NCBI GenBank assembly: GCA_963701855.1 | Contig: CAVPBK010000006.1 | Span: forward strand, 32,001 to 96,000 | Origin: Nitrospirota bacterium | Lineage (GTDB): Bacteria > Nitrospirota > Nitrospiria > Nitrospirales > Nitrospiraceae | Direction: 5' to 3' | Length of the DNA stretch: 64,000 bases | Shown: positions 48,680 to 58,289 of the stretch, one piece after another | How positions within the stretch are numbered: the first letter of the stretch is position 1 | How the letters are laid out: each line of letters starts with the position of its first letter | Notes under the pieces: generated by a model | Told to the model about the DNA's origin: nothing | Seen by the model: the letters and a program-made list of their open reading frames with translations, nothing else | Databases searched by the model: none | Translations under genes and position numbers: made by a program

Positions 48680-49230
48680 TGGCGGTCGTGCTTCTCGCAG
48701 GCAATATGGCGCGCGGCTCGCTCACAATGCAGGTGAAAAATTTTGGATGGAGAAACGTCTTCAGCAGCGAGATCCTTCCAACACTTACTCCAACTGATCG
48801 GCGCCGCGAATCTGCCGATACTACTCTCGATCCAACATATCCAGGCTCACCGAGATGACGACCGGCAACCGACTCAATCACTCAAGTAGTTGAGGTGTGA
48901 CCTTCGTCCCGTTTGTAATCAGTGTGAGGTGACCGCCGATCCTAAGAGGTCTTCGCGGATCTCCGGAATATCGCGCCGCAACAACGGCTCGCCTCCCTGC
49001 ACCAGCCAAACCGCACACCGTCACGATAGAGATGGGAGAAGACACCCTGAATTTCTTCGCGTGCCATCTCCTACCGCCCGACATTGAGCGGCAGATCGCA
49101 GTGGCCGCAGGCAGGATTGCATCCGAGATTTACCCGAAACGTGGCCAATACCGGCCGGCCCGTTATGAGGTTGGTGAAAGGCTTGGGCGCTTGATCAGGA
49201 CCGTGAAGAGGACTGCCGTCATCTATCCTC
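48680..49230 (-). pseudogene. Decayed radical SAM gene (not in the ORF track)
   Basis: Manual translation gives FRVNLGCNPACGHCDLP (CxxxCxxC), a stop at 49071-73, then VQGGEPLLRRDI, LITNGT and VISVSLD, with further stops and frameshifts. Confidence 0.8.
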
Positions 49231-49359
49231 GCATCGATAGATATGGCCATATTTGGACAGGCTTATGCCGTTTTTTTCTCGTTTCTTCGGAGATCAAAGA
49301 CCTTTTCTCGCCAACTCCTCTAACCTACGAACTTTCTTGATCAATCTCGCTCTAGGCTC

Positions 49360-49375
49360 CGGCACATACCTTGCT
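49360..49375 (+). promoter_or_regulatory. Sigma54 (-24/-12) promoter
   Basis: CGGCACATACCTTGCT with exact GG-N10-GC spacing, 45 nt before the ATG at 49421. Confidence 0.65.
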
Positions 49376-49420
49376 GATGGGTTCTAGGTTGAAATTGACT
49401 CTCACCCTGCAAGGAGGTCC

Positions 49421-49816
49421 ATGATGCAGAAGGCAAAAAAGAAAATTCTCCCGGTGCTCGTGATCACCCTGGCCATTGTGGCGTTAGCGATGACCCCGGC
49501 GCTGGCCAAAGACTCAAAAAACAAGAAGCCTAGCCATTCATCTGCAAAAGCGCCGGCAGAGGCAGCCAGCCACGTCCCTGAAGAAAACAATGCGCCCAAA
49601 GCCGGCCATCACGATGAGAAACCAGGACCAGCCTGGATGACGCTCGGCGGCACAGTCAAAAAGATCGAGGGCAACGCGTATACCGTGGAAGATTACGAAG
49701 GCAACCGCGTCAAGCTTTACGTCGGCCAGGGCACGAAACAGATCAAGCAAAAGAAGGTCGGGGACACCGTCCGCGCGGAAATTACGCGAGGCGGCTTCGC
49801 CAATTCCATTCAGTAA
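49421..49816 (+). CDS. Small exported protein, OB-fold-like C-terminus
   Basis: AGGAGG RBS, signal peptide ending PALA, GTVKKIEG..VGDTVRAEI. Confidence 0.75.
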   Translation: MMQKAKKKILPVLVITLAIVALAMTPALAKDSKNKKPSHSSAKAPAEAASHVPEENNAPKAGHHDEKPGPAWMTLGGTVKKIEGNAYTVEDYEGNRVKLYVGQGTKQIKQKKVGDTVRAEITRGGFANSIQ

Positions 49817-49862
49817 CCCCTATTTCGAATCCGCGCACCCACCTCACGCGCAGTGGTGCCCT

Positions 49863-49897
49863 TGAACGGGCCGGCCCTGAACAGGCCGGCCCGTTCA
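49863..49897. terminator. Hairpin between convergent genes, probable bidirectional terminator
   Basis: 14-bp perfect stem TGAACGGGCCGGCC / GGCCGGCCCGTTCA. Confidence 0.7.
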
Positions 49898-49922
49898 TTA
49901 TGAGCCACTATGCGGCATAGGG

Positions 49923-50687
49923 TCATCGAGCCAACGTCTTCATCGATTTCTGAAACACAATGTCGCCGTAATAGGCCGTGACCTGTTCTTTGGTATTATC
50001 AGTATCGCTCATGATCGCGACGCCATTGATCATCGGTGGCTCCTCCCCGAACGCCTTCTTGTAGTCTTCGTAAATATTTCGCTCTTCGTCGATCCATATG
50101 CCCACATTCTGAGTTCCGCTCTCAACGATCACCATCTTGGCAAAATCGGTATAGGCATTCTCGACGATCGTGCCGACCGGTGTCTTTGTTTCCCATATAT
50201 AGTTCAAGGCAGCGATTGGAATATCGCCGAACAGAGCCTGCCCGGCTTTGAACTTGAGCTTCTTGCTAAAGCTGACTTTTTCGGGATCGTATTCAAAGGT
50301 AATGTAGAGCCGGGCCGGAAAGTCGTCGCCCTCTTTGAATGCCACGTCGCTACGCTGGAGCACGTTGTCGATTTTCCATCGCCACCTGACGATCGGGAAT
50401 TCTTTTGGATCGATCAACACCTGCTTGATCAGGCCAGAGGCCGAGGCTTCGCTCACAGCCTTCACGATCGTCACACCTCCATCTTTCACCACTTCATAGA
50501 AGGTATGTTTTGGTATCTTCTTAAAAGTGAGCGGTTTCCACCCATCTGGCAACACGGTACCGACCTGACTGGCTGAAAATTTTCCCACCTCAAGCACTGT
50601 TCCGCTCTGTGCCCAGAGGCATGTCGGAGCTAACAAGAGCCCCACGCTCATGAGCAACATTCTATGTAACGTTCGGCCCTGTGTCAT
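49923..50687 (-). CDS. DUF3047 domain exported protein
   Basis: WRWKI, GDDFPARLY, LNYIW, ERNIYEDYKKAFG, MSDTDNT. Confidence 0.85.
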   Translation of the reverse strand: MTQGRTLHRMLLMSVGLLLAPTCLWAQSGTVLEVGKFSASQVGTVLPDGWKPLTFKKIPKHTFYEVVKDGGVTIVKAVSEASASGLIKQVLIDPKEFPIVRWRWKIDNVLQRSDVAFKEGDDFPARLYITFEYDPEKVSFSKKLKFKAGQALFGDIPIAALNYIWETKTPVGTIVENAYTDFAKMVIVESGTQNVGIWIDEERNIYEDYKKAFGEEPPMINGVAIMSDTDNTKEQVTAYYGDIVFQKSMKTLAR

Positions 50688-50700
50688 ACGCTGTGAATCG

Positions 50701-52290
50701 CTACCGTCGCATCCATGCAAACAATTTCATCAGCAAGGCCTTCGTGCGTGGGGTAAAGTGCGCCTTGCGCCAAAGATTCACGACCTTCTTATTCACCTCG
50801 GCTTGCGTCGGATAGGGATGAATCGTACCGGCGATCGTCTTCGCTCCGGCGCCGGCTTTCATCGCAACTGAGAACTCACCGATCATCTCACCGGCGTGGA
50901 CCGCCACAATAGTCGCGCCGAGAATCTTGTCGGAGCCTTTCTGGATGTGCACTCGCGCGAACCCTTCGTCTTCGCCGTCGAGAATCGCGCGATCGACCTC
51001 ATCGAGCTTATAGGTGTAAGTTTCAACTTCGATGCCTTTCTCCTTTGCTTCCTTCTCATACATCCCAACATGCGCGACTTCCGGCACCGTGAAGGTACAC
51101 CAGGGCATGATCAACGATTCGACGCTGGCATAGCCCACGCCGAAAGGATGTGGGAATAGGGCGTTCTGAATGACCAGCTGCGCCATGGCATCGGCCGCAT
51201 GGGTGAATTTGTAGCGTGAACAAATGTCGCCGGCCGCAAAGATCCTGGGGTTCGTCGTCTGCAGCCGCGCATTCACCTTGACCCCGTTCTTGTCGTACTC
51301 AACACCAACCGTTTCCAGCCCGATGCCTTCGACATTCGGGGTACGGCCGACACCGACCAGAATCTCGTCAACCGTCACATCGTACTGCTGGCCATGTGAA
51401 TCGACAGTGAGCCGCTTGCCGGCATCCGTTTTCTGTACCTTTAAATCTTTCCCGCAACAGAGCAGCTTCACTCCGTCGCGCAACATCTGCTGTTCGACAA
51501 TTTCAGCTGCGTCTCGGTCTTCGTTCGGCAGGATGCCGTGTACCGCTTCAATGAGGCAGACCTGGCTCCCAAAGCGTGCAAACGACTGCGCCAACTCGCA
51601 ACCGATGGGACCGGCGCCGATTACCCCGATGCGTTGCGGCAGTTCCGTCAGCGAGAACACCGTTTCATTGGTGAGATAGCCCGCCTCTTTCAATCCGGGC
51701 GTCGGAGGCACCGACGCCCTTGCTCCTGTGCAGACAGCCGCCTTCGCAAAGTTCAGCGTGCGATGGCCGGCCGGCCCTTCAACTTGAATGGTGTCGGGGC
51801 CGGTAAAGCGCCCGCTGCCGATATAGACATCCACACCCAATTTCGTATAGCGATGAACCGAATCGTTGTGACTGATCCGCGCCCGCAGTTTTCTCATGCG
51901 CTCCATCGCTGCTCCAAAGTCGTATTTGACCCCTGGAGGAATATGCAGGCCGAACTCCTCGGCATTCCGTACATCGGCCCAAGCCCTTGCCGCACGTATG
52001 ATGCCTTTCGAGGGCACACAGCCGACATTCAAGCAGTCGCCACCCATCAAATGTTTTTCAATTAAGGCCACTTTGGCCCCCAGACTTGCAGCCACGACCG
52101 CCGTGATCAATCCCGCAGTCCCGGCTCCGACGACCACAATATTGTAGCGACCAGCCGGTTCGGGATTGACCCAGTTCGAAGGATGCACGTTGCTGACGAG
52201 CGTTCGGTTATGCTCATCGTTCGGCAGCATGAGGTTCTCTTCATGCTTATTCATCACAACGTTCCACTCTTCTGCCGGCTGCAAAACCAT
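50701..52290 (-). CDS. Mercuric-reductase-like pyridine nucleotide-disulfide oxidoreductase
   Basis: GAGTAG, GGDCLNVGCVPSK, GAGPIG, IHPYPTQAE; lacks the C-terminal Cys pair of true MerA. Confidence 0.9.
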   Translation of the reverse strand: MVLQPAEEWNVVMNKHEENLMLPNDEHNRTLVSNVHPSNWVNPEPAGRYNIVVVGAGTAGLITAVVAASLGAKVALIEKHLMGGDCLNVGCVPSKGIIRAARAWADVRNAEEFGLHIPPGVKYDFGAAMERMRKLRARISHNDSVHRYTKLGVDVYIGSGRFTGPDTIQVEGPAGHRTLNFAKAAVCTGARASVPPTPGLKEAGYLTNETVFSLTELPQRIGVIGAGPIGCELAQSFARFGSQVCLIEAVHGILPNEDRDAAEIVEQQMLRDGVKLLCCGKDLKVQKTDAGKRLTVDSHGQQYDVTVDEILVGVGRTPNVEGIGLETVGVEYDKNGVKVNARLQTTNPRIFAAGDICSRYKFTHAADAMAQLVIQNALFPHPFGVGYASVESLIMPWCTFTVPEVAHVGMYEKEAKEKGIEVETYTYKLDEVDRAILDGEDEGFARVHIQKGSDKILGATIVAVHAGEMIGEFSVAMKAGAGAKTIAGTIHPYPTQAEVNKKVVNLWRKAHFTPRTKALLMKLFAWMRR

Positions 52291-52356
52291 CGTGTTGCTC
52301 CCTCATTTCGCCTACGCTTCACGTTTCACGCCTCACGTTTTTTATGGCGATTGCGG

Positions 52357-53094
52357 TCACGCCGGTTTCCCAGACCATTTCTTATATAGGCTTGGCACAA
52401 GGGCCAGAAGCCCTAGCAATACAAATGCTCCAATCACTCCAGGGGAAGCAATGTCTTTCAACGAATTGATCGTACCGAGTTGCCGGCCCGCGTAGGCATA
52501 GACGAAGGAACCGGGGATAATCCCGATCGCCGTCGCCGCCACATAGGTGCCGACATTCATGCGAGTCAGGCCGGATACCAGATTCACCACAAAAAACGGA
52601 AAGAGGGGAATCAGCCGGAGGGTCATGAGATAGCTGAACGCATTATTCGCAAAGCCTTGTTGAACCGGACCCAGCCACTTGCCAAACTTCCGTTCCACCC
52701 AATCGCGCAGCAAGTAGCGGGATGCAAGAAACGCGAGCGTCGCGCCTGTCGTCGCCCCTAGGTTTACGAATCGTGTGCCCCACACAAACCCGAAGAGAAA
52801 TCCGCCTGCCAGTGTCAGAATCACGGCGCCGGGAAGCGAAAGCCCCGTCACGGCCACATAAACCAAGACGAACAACGCGGCGGCGACGGCAGCATGTGCT
52901 TCGGTAAACGACAATAGATAATCACGATTCTCTTTGAGCGCATCCAAGGAGAGGAAGCGACCCAGATCGAAGTAGAAAAATGCAGCCACTGCAACTCCGA
53001 TCGCAAGGACCACGGCAATTTTCCCGACACTCAGCCCACTCTTTGCTTCAGAAGATGGGATATCGTTCGTCATGACGGTTTGTCCGCTTATCAT
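52357..53094 (-). CDS. TVP38/TMEM64 (DedA-superfamily) membrane protein
   Basis: SLPGA..LAGGFLFG, GATLAF, LRLIPLFPFFVVN. Confidence 0.9.
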   Translation of the reverse strand: MISGQTVMTNDIPSSEAKSGLSVGKIAVVLAIGVAVAAFFYFDLGRFLSLDALKENRDYLLSFTEAHAAVAAALFVLVYVAVTGLSLPGAVILTLAGGFLFGFVWGTRFVNLGATTGATLAFLASRYLLRDWVERKFGKWLGPVQQGFANNAFSYLMTLRLIPLFPFFVVNLVSGLTRMNVGTYVAATAIGIIPGSFVYAYAGRQLGTINSLKDIASPGVIGAFVLLGLLALVPSLYKKWSGKPA

Positions 53095-53204
53095 GGGGAC
53101 TCCTATTCTGGCTGTCAATGTGGACAAGTACCTCTCAGTCGTCTGAAATCCCGTGGTCTTACAGTGGCCATTCTCTGCCACACACAAGCGCTTAGCTGCT
53201 AGAG

Positions 53205-53375
53205 CAGGATACGGGGAAAGTCGCCCGCAAGAACCGTGAAAGGTCCCTCGGCTTGGCTCAGGACGGTGAGCTGTCGAACCGTAAGACGGAAAAGGTGAGA
53301 GGTAAGACTAGCGAGTGCTCTTCCTCCAAAACGTTTGACGCCTCACGGATCGCTGACAGACTTTTGAGCAGCCTG
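53205..53375. repeat. Composite family A-related element A15
   Basis: Right end CTTTTGAGCAGCCTG followed by CTAG; CACGGATCGCTGA segment shared with about 1770-1785; degenerate left end CAGGATACGGGGAAAGTC. Confidence 0.65.
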
Positions 53376-53427
53376 CTAGAGGTCTACGAAACGAGACGGC
53401 GATTGGATGTTGAGGCAGCAGAGCCAG

Positions 53428-54036
53428 CTATCGTGGCCGGCGATCATGAAGATCGCGATCCATATCGAGCCGGCCGAACGTCCGTTCAACTGGGTCGATC
53501 GTTCCATCCTGGTTGCGGTCGAGTTCTTGGAAATGGTCGTGGGTCAATTCAGGATTGTGCGGGTCTGGAACTCCTGCACCAAGATGATTCCGGCGAGGAT
53601 CGTAGCGCTGGGGGCTCTCTAGCATGCCGTGGTACATAAGATCGGTTCTTGGCTGCACGACGGCTTTCGGCACCCTTCTCCTATGAACTTTCATACGTCG
53701 AGGGCTCTTCGGACTTGTCGACTTAAGCTCAGCCTGTGCCGGCTTGGCCTGCTTCTGAATCGCCTCCGGTAGACGCTCCGTGGCAACGGATGTGGGGTTC
53801 TTCTTGGCATGCTGGATCGACGGGTTTTGCCCTCGTTCAAATTGTTGCTTGGCAGGCTTATCTGCGACAATAGCAGGAGCCGGCTCTCTTGTTTTTTTGG
53901 CAGCCGCGAACGCATCTCCTGCGGCAGCCCCTGAGAAAGCCAGCAAACAGGCATAGACCAATCCCCTCACACTGGAACCCACTCGCGTCATACCCCTCCT
54001 ATCTAAGAACCCATACAAGTGTAGCAGGTCACACAT
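53428..54036 (-). CDS. Hypothetical exported protein with an EF-hand-like motif
   Basis: Signal-like segment; DRNQDGTID loop near the C-terminus; start uncertain. Confidence 0.65.
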   Translation of the reverse strand: MCDLLHLYGFLDRRGMTRVGSSVRGLVYACLLAFSGAAAGDAFAAAKKTREPAPAIVADKPAKQQFERGQNPSIQHAKKNPTSVATERLPEAIQKQAKPAQAELKSTSPKSPRRMKVHRRRVPKAVVQPRTDLMYHGMLESPQRYDPRRNHLGAGVPDPHNPELTHDHFQELDRNQDGTIDPVERTFGRLDMDRDLHDRRPR

Positions 54037-54255
54037 GCGATCCTAAAACCAAGAAACTCAATGAATTAGAGCCTATGTCATCTTGAGGGGGAAGATAATC
54101 CCGCATTATTCATGACGCTTCCGCTGCAAACGCGGATTCGCCGCGCTTGCGCATGAAGCGCAAGCGCCGTGTACTGGTCCCTCGCTTCACGCGATACACT
54201 TCAATAGAACACGCGTTTGAATAGTTTTTCGACGAACCGGCATGAACCATGTGGG

Positions 54256-54960
54256 CTAAAATGGGAAGTAGAGTTCCACCCCGCCGTAGGCACCATTCTG
54301 AAATGTTTGCGTGTATTGATAGCCTCCTTTGAGCGTCAGATAAAAGCGCTCGACCGGCACTTGAACCAGCGGGCCTGTTTGGACCGCATAGAATTGATTG
54401 TTCCCCATGCCTGCGAGGTCCCACCCAAGGTAGGTGGAGCAACAGCCCTGTTCGCTCTTGTGGACCAACCTGGTAGCTCTGAGGCGGCTCCACACGAAAC
54501 TGTCCAAGTCCGTGTAAGACACGATGCCATGAAATGTTCCCTTTTCATGCCAATAGAAAGCCTCCCCTTGAAGGTACAGGCCGACATCAGTCTCGTCTGA
54601 TCTGCCGCCAGTTTGGCGATCCTCCTGTTTCCATCGAAACTGAGGACCGGCGAACCCGATGAAGTTCCATGGGCCCTGAATAAATTTGATTCCCAACGAT
54701 GGGGACGCAAACTGAACCTCGGCCTTACGATTTACGCCGTTATCTTTAAATGTGTACCCGAGCCCGGCTCCCATGACTTGAATAAACGGTTGGAGATTTG
54801 ACTCTCCCGATGTGAGCGGCGTCCGAACGCCCAAATACGTGAAGTATTCGCCCTGATTGTCGATTTGGTAACCCGTAAAGACGTCTCCGGCTATCCCGGC
54901 ACCGGGCCACAACAGCGCCGCACACAGTGCTACGCAGCAAGTGACGTGAGTTCTCGCCAT
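54256..54960 (-). CDS. Outer-membrane beta-barrel-like protein, BcsS-like
   Basis: Signal peptide, alternating aromatic beta strands, terminal F (GVELYFPF); overlaps the end of the bcsA-like gene. Confidence 0.6.
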   Translation of the reverse strand: MARTHVTCCVALCAALLWPGAGIAGDVFTGYQIDNQGEYFTYLGVRTPLTSGESNLQPFIQVMGAGLGYTFKDNGVNRKAEVQFASPSLGIKFIQGPWNFIGFAGPQFRWKQEDRQTGGRSDETDVGLYLQGEAFYWHEKGTFHGIVSYTDLDSFVWSRLRATRLVHKSEQGCCSTYLGWDLAGMGNNQFYAVQTGPLVQVPVERFYLTLKGGYQYTQTFQNGAYGGVELYFPF

Positions 54961-57204
54961 TGGTCCGCTCCCTTCTCCACCTGCTCGATCGCAAAGCCTG
55001 CCAAGACCGCTCCTTCGGCCTGCATCGCCCAACGCCGGCGGACTTTCAGTGCAACGGACTCCACATACAGGATCCCATTCTCGCCGACAAGATCAACCGT
55101 TCCAGGGATGTTTACCGAAAGACCGGTCGCTGAAATCTGCTCGACTGTACCTTCCAGGGTACGGTCTGCCGATACCAGGCGACAGTTCCCTTGATATGCA
55201 AGGCGAAGGTCACTCCGATGTGACTTTCTCAATGGCTTGATGACTTTTCCGAACACGCGCAGTAGGGACCATAAGCTCCGAAATACTCCCGGCTCGGCTT
55301 CGGGTTGATTCCATGCACGGGAATCGGAAAACACGGCGGCGATCAATGAATCGCCGGTCTCGTCGTCCAGATCGATAAATTTCAGTCCGATCTCTATGGA
55401 ATCCGATGACACCCGCTCCTGGCGACACATTCGACTTTCGATGGTGAGACAGTCACCTGCTAGGTTAGCGACGCTGAAGAGCAGATGGTCGTTTACTTCC
55501 AGCAGTGGCCTATTCACGTGAATAAGAGCACCAGTTTCATTCATGTCTTCCACCGTGCCGCTGAACCGTTTCCCTGCTGCGATCAATTCACAGGGCAGTC
55601 GGTGCCTGATGCGAAATGTTTTGCGCCACTCCGGCAGCTCCGCGGCAGCCAAAATGACCACACCAATCAAAATGAGATTGACCAACCCCCAGAAGAGGCT
55701 GACCTCCAATCCCGGGAGAGGAACGTTTGCCATCCACAGGCGAATGCCCGTCACCAGTCCTGCAATGAGCAACCCCATGATAATGAGGTGGGGCAGGATA
55801 TAGGAGAATCGTGAGACCCTGCGCCGCTCCTCTTGAACCACTCCCTTTGGGGTGATGACGAATGGGCGTTTCTTCCAAGGCCGTATCGCGGTCTTGAGCG
55901 ACGGTCCAACTCAGTGCGAGGCTACCCGCCGTTTCGTAGATGTCAGACCAGAAAGCATTTCGCGTGCCCCGGCTGACGGTTCTCAGCATCACGAGCGTCG
56001 CCAGATAATAGGATCCGAAAAAGTTGACGAGCGATGGGACATCAGCCGTGACAGGAATGATTCCGAACAGCAGGGCAATCAACGGGGCGACGAGGCAGAC
56101 GACCCGAGGAATTCCATGAAGAAAGTAGAAGATGGATGCAAAGTATCCGAGTCGTTGGGGCATCGTGAGACCGAGCATGGTGAACGGATTTGTCTGAAAG
56201 AAGATTTGCACATGGCCCGTAGCCCATCGTATCCGCTGTCTCATTGAACTTTCGAAACTTTCCGGCATAAGACCGGCTGCCAGCACCTTATTAAGATAGC
56301 ATGAGCGATAGCCCTTCGCATGGATCACCATGCTCGTGTGGACGTCTTCGGTCACGGTCTCGGTGCGGAATCCGCCGATCTCAACCAGCACACGACGGCG
56401 GAACAACCCGCAGCTTCCCGCGAAGAACGCGCTATTATGGCGATCGCGTCCGGATTGAAGCACACGATAGAACAAGGCTTGCTCATTCTTGAGGATTCCC
56501 TCGAGTTGCAGGTTTTTCTGAAATACGTCGGAATTGTAAAAATGATGCGGCGTCTGGACGAAGGCGACTTGTTCGTCCTGGAAAAACCCTACCGTATCTT
56601 TCAAGAAACTGCTGGTCGGAACGTGATCGACGTCGAAAATCGCAATGATTTCTCCCGATGTTTCATGCAAGGCATGATTCAGGTTTCCAGCTTTCGCATG
56701 TTGTCGATCCGCCCGGCGGATGTATCCACAGTTCAACGATGAAGCTAATACCCTAACCTCGTCTCGTTGACCATCGTCAAGCACATACACCCGGTAGCGG
56801 TCGTTGGGATAGTCCTGGTTGACACAGCCGATCAGCGTGCGGCGAAGAATGCTCAGAGGCTCATCGACAACCGTGACAAAGATATCCACGATCGGATAGC
56901 GGCGCAATGGCACCGGTTGACGTTCGAGCGGCGACCAGGCGTGGTAAGCAAATAATAGGATTTGCACAAAGGCATAGGCTTCCGCCATATAAACCGTCCA
57001 ACTCACTAGGAGGCTTGCCCAGTCGCCGGTGTTCAGGGTATAGAGGCCTCTCCACAACAGGTACCGTGCATACAAGAACAGGGTCAGGGCCAGGATGACC
57101 TGATGCCCCCGTTTCTTCCAGCTGAGGAGGCTGATGACAGCCAGGACAACGAGCGACAGCGGTATGGCCACCGAGGAGTTATAGAATTGATTGAGCCATG
57201 TCAT
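54930..57204 (-). CDS. bcsA: Cellulose synthase catalytic subunit-like GT2 with PilZ domain(s); +1 frameshift near 55900
   Basis: DDG, HAKAGNLN, FDVDH, VQTPH, FFAGS, TED, QRIRW; gating loop FVITPK restored by removing one base; RxxxR and DxxxxG PilZ motifs. Confidence 0.85.
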
Positions 57205-57499
57205 AGGTATTTCCTTTATACGGCTCCCTCTTCTGAGTCGTCTCCCTCACGTACTCGCTTCAATTCACGAGACAACCGCATCAACCGATCACCGTGATTA
57301 CTGCTCCTAATCGAAATGCCGCACCATTGACCGGTGATTCCCTATCTTGCCCTGACCAGGATTTCTGGGTTGCTTTCATTTCGCCGCGTGCATGACCACC
57401 TTAGAATGGGATGCCTTTTCTGCCTATACCGAGGACGGAGGGAGAACAGCTATACAGGCGGGGTACTTTCTATGGGGTAGAAATGCCGCACGCGATGCT

Positions 57500-57552
57500 A
57501 ACCCGCAGTATTCACGAGAGTTCGCGACGAACCGTCATGGATAATGCAGGCT
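57500..57552. repeat. Minimal family C element (ends only)
   Basis: AACCCGCAGTATTCACGAGAGTTCGCGACGAACCGTCATGGATAATGCAGGCT; left part matches the left end of C2. Confidence 0.7.
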
Positions 57553-57616
57553 GTCCTGCTTTTCCTGCTTGTAAGCTCTCCCTCTCCTGTCCTACTCTGT
57601 ACACGGAGGCCGGAAT

Positions 57617-58261
57617 ATGGATGAATCTAGTCGTCTAACCAAGACGAAAGAACAGTGGGCGAAGGCTCGGCGTGGCGGTGAAGAACGGGAAGTGTTTTAC
57701 GAAGGAGATGCCCGCCTGCCACCGGGGCAGCATCTCGTCGAGACCTGGCCTGTGCTCGATCTCGGTCAAAAGCCTGACATTCCGCTCTCGGAATGGAAGC
57801 TCACCATCGGCGGATTCGTGACAACACCCGTCACCTGGACCTGGGAAGACTTTCTCGCCCAGCCCCAGTTCAAAGACGTCTCAGACTTCCACTGCGTGAC
57901 GAGCTGGAGCCGGTTCGACAATGAGTGGGAAGGGGTCAGTTTCAAACACATTCTGTCCGTGGTGAAGCCGTTGCCCTCGGCGAAGTTCGTCCTCTTCAAA
58001 TCGTTCGACGACTACACCACCAATTTGCCACTTGACGCCTGCAACGATAAAGACGTGCTGCTGACATACAGATGGAATGGCAGACCCCTCACAAAGGAAC
58101 ATGGAGGCCCGGTTCGTGTGATTGTCCCGAAGCGCTATGCCTGGAAAGGCGCCAAGTGGGTGAAGGAGATTACCTTTTCGGATAAAGATGAAAAGGGGTT
58201 CTGGGAAGTGCGGGGCTACTCGAACAGTGCGTTCCCCTGGGAGAACGATCGATATGGGTGA
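57617..58261 (+). CDS. Sulfite-oxidase-like molybdopterin-dependent oxidoreductase
   Basis: RLPPGQ, DFHCVTSWS, EHGGPVR, YAWKGAKW, GFWEVRGY. Confidence 0.9.
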   Translation: MDESSRLTKTKEQWAKARRGGEEREVFYEGDARLPPGQHLVETWPVLDLGQKPDIPLSEWKLTIGGFVTTPVTWTWEDFLAQPQFKDVSDFHCVTSWSRFDNEWEGVSFKHILSVVKPLPSAKFVLFKSFDDYTTNLPLDACNDKDVLLTYRWNGRPLTKEHGGPVRVIVPKRYAWKGAKWVKEITFSDKDEKGFWEVRGYSNSAFPWENDRYG

Positions 58262-58289
58262 GCCATTCCAGCCAGCGGAGTGGCGCACG

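Noticed and set aside
50701..52290. merA mercury-resistance locus
   Set aside because: No C-terminal Cys-Cys pair, no NmerA domain and no merR/T/P; the neighbours (TVP38, DUF3047) fit a MerA-like oxidoreductase of other function.
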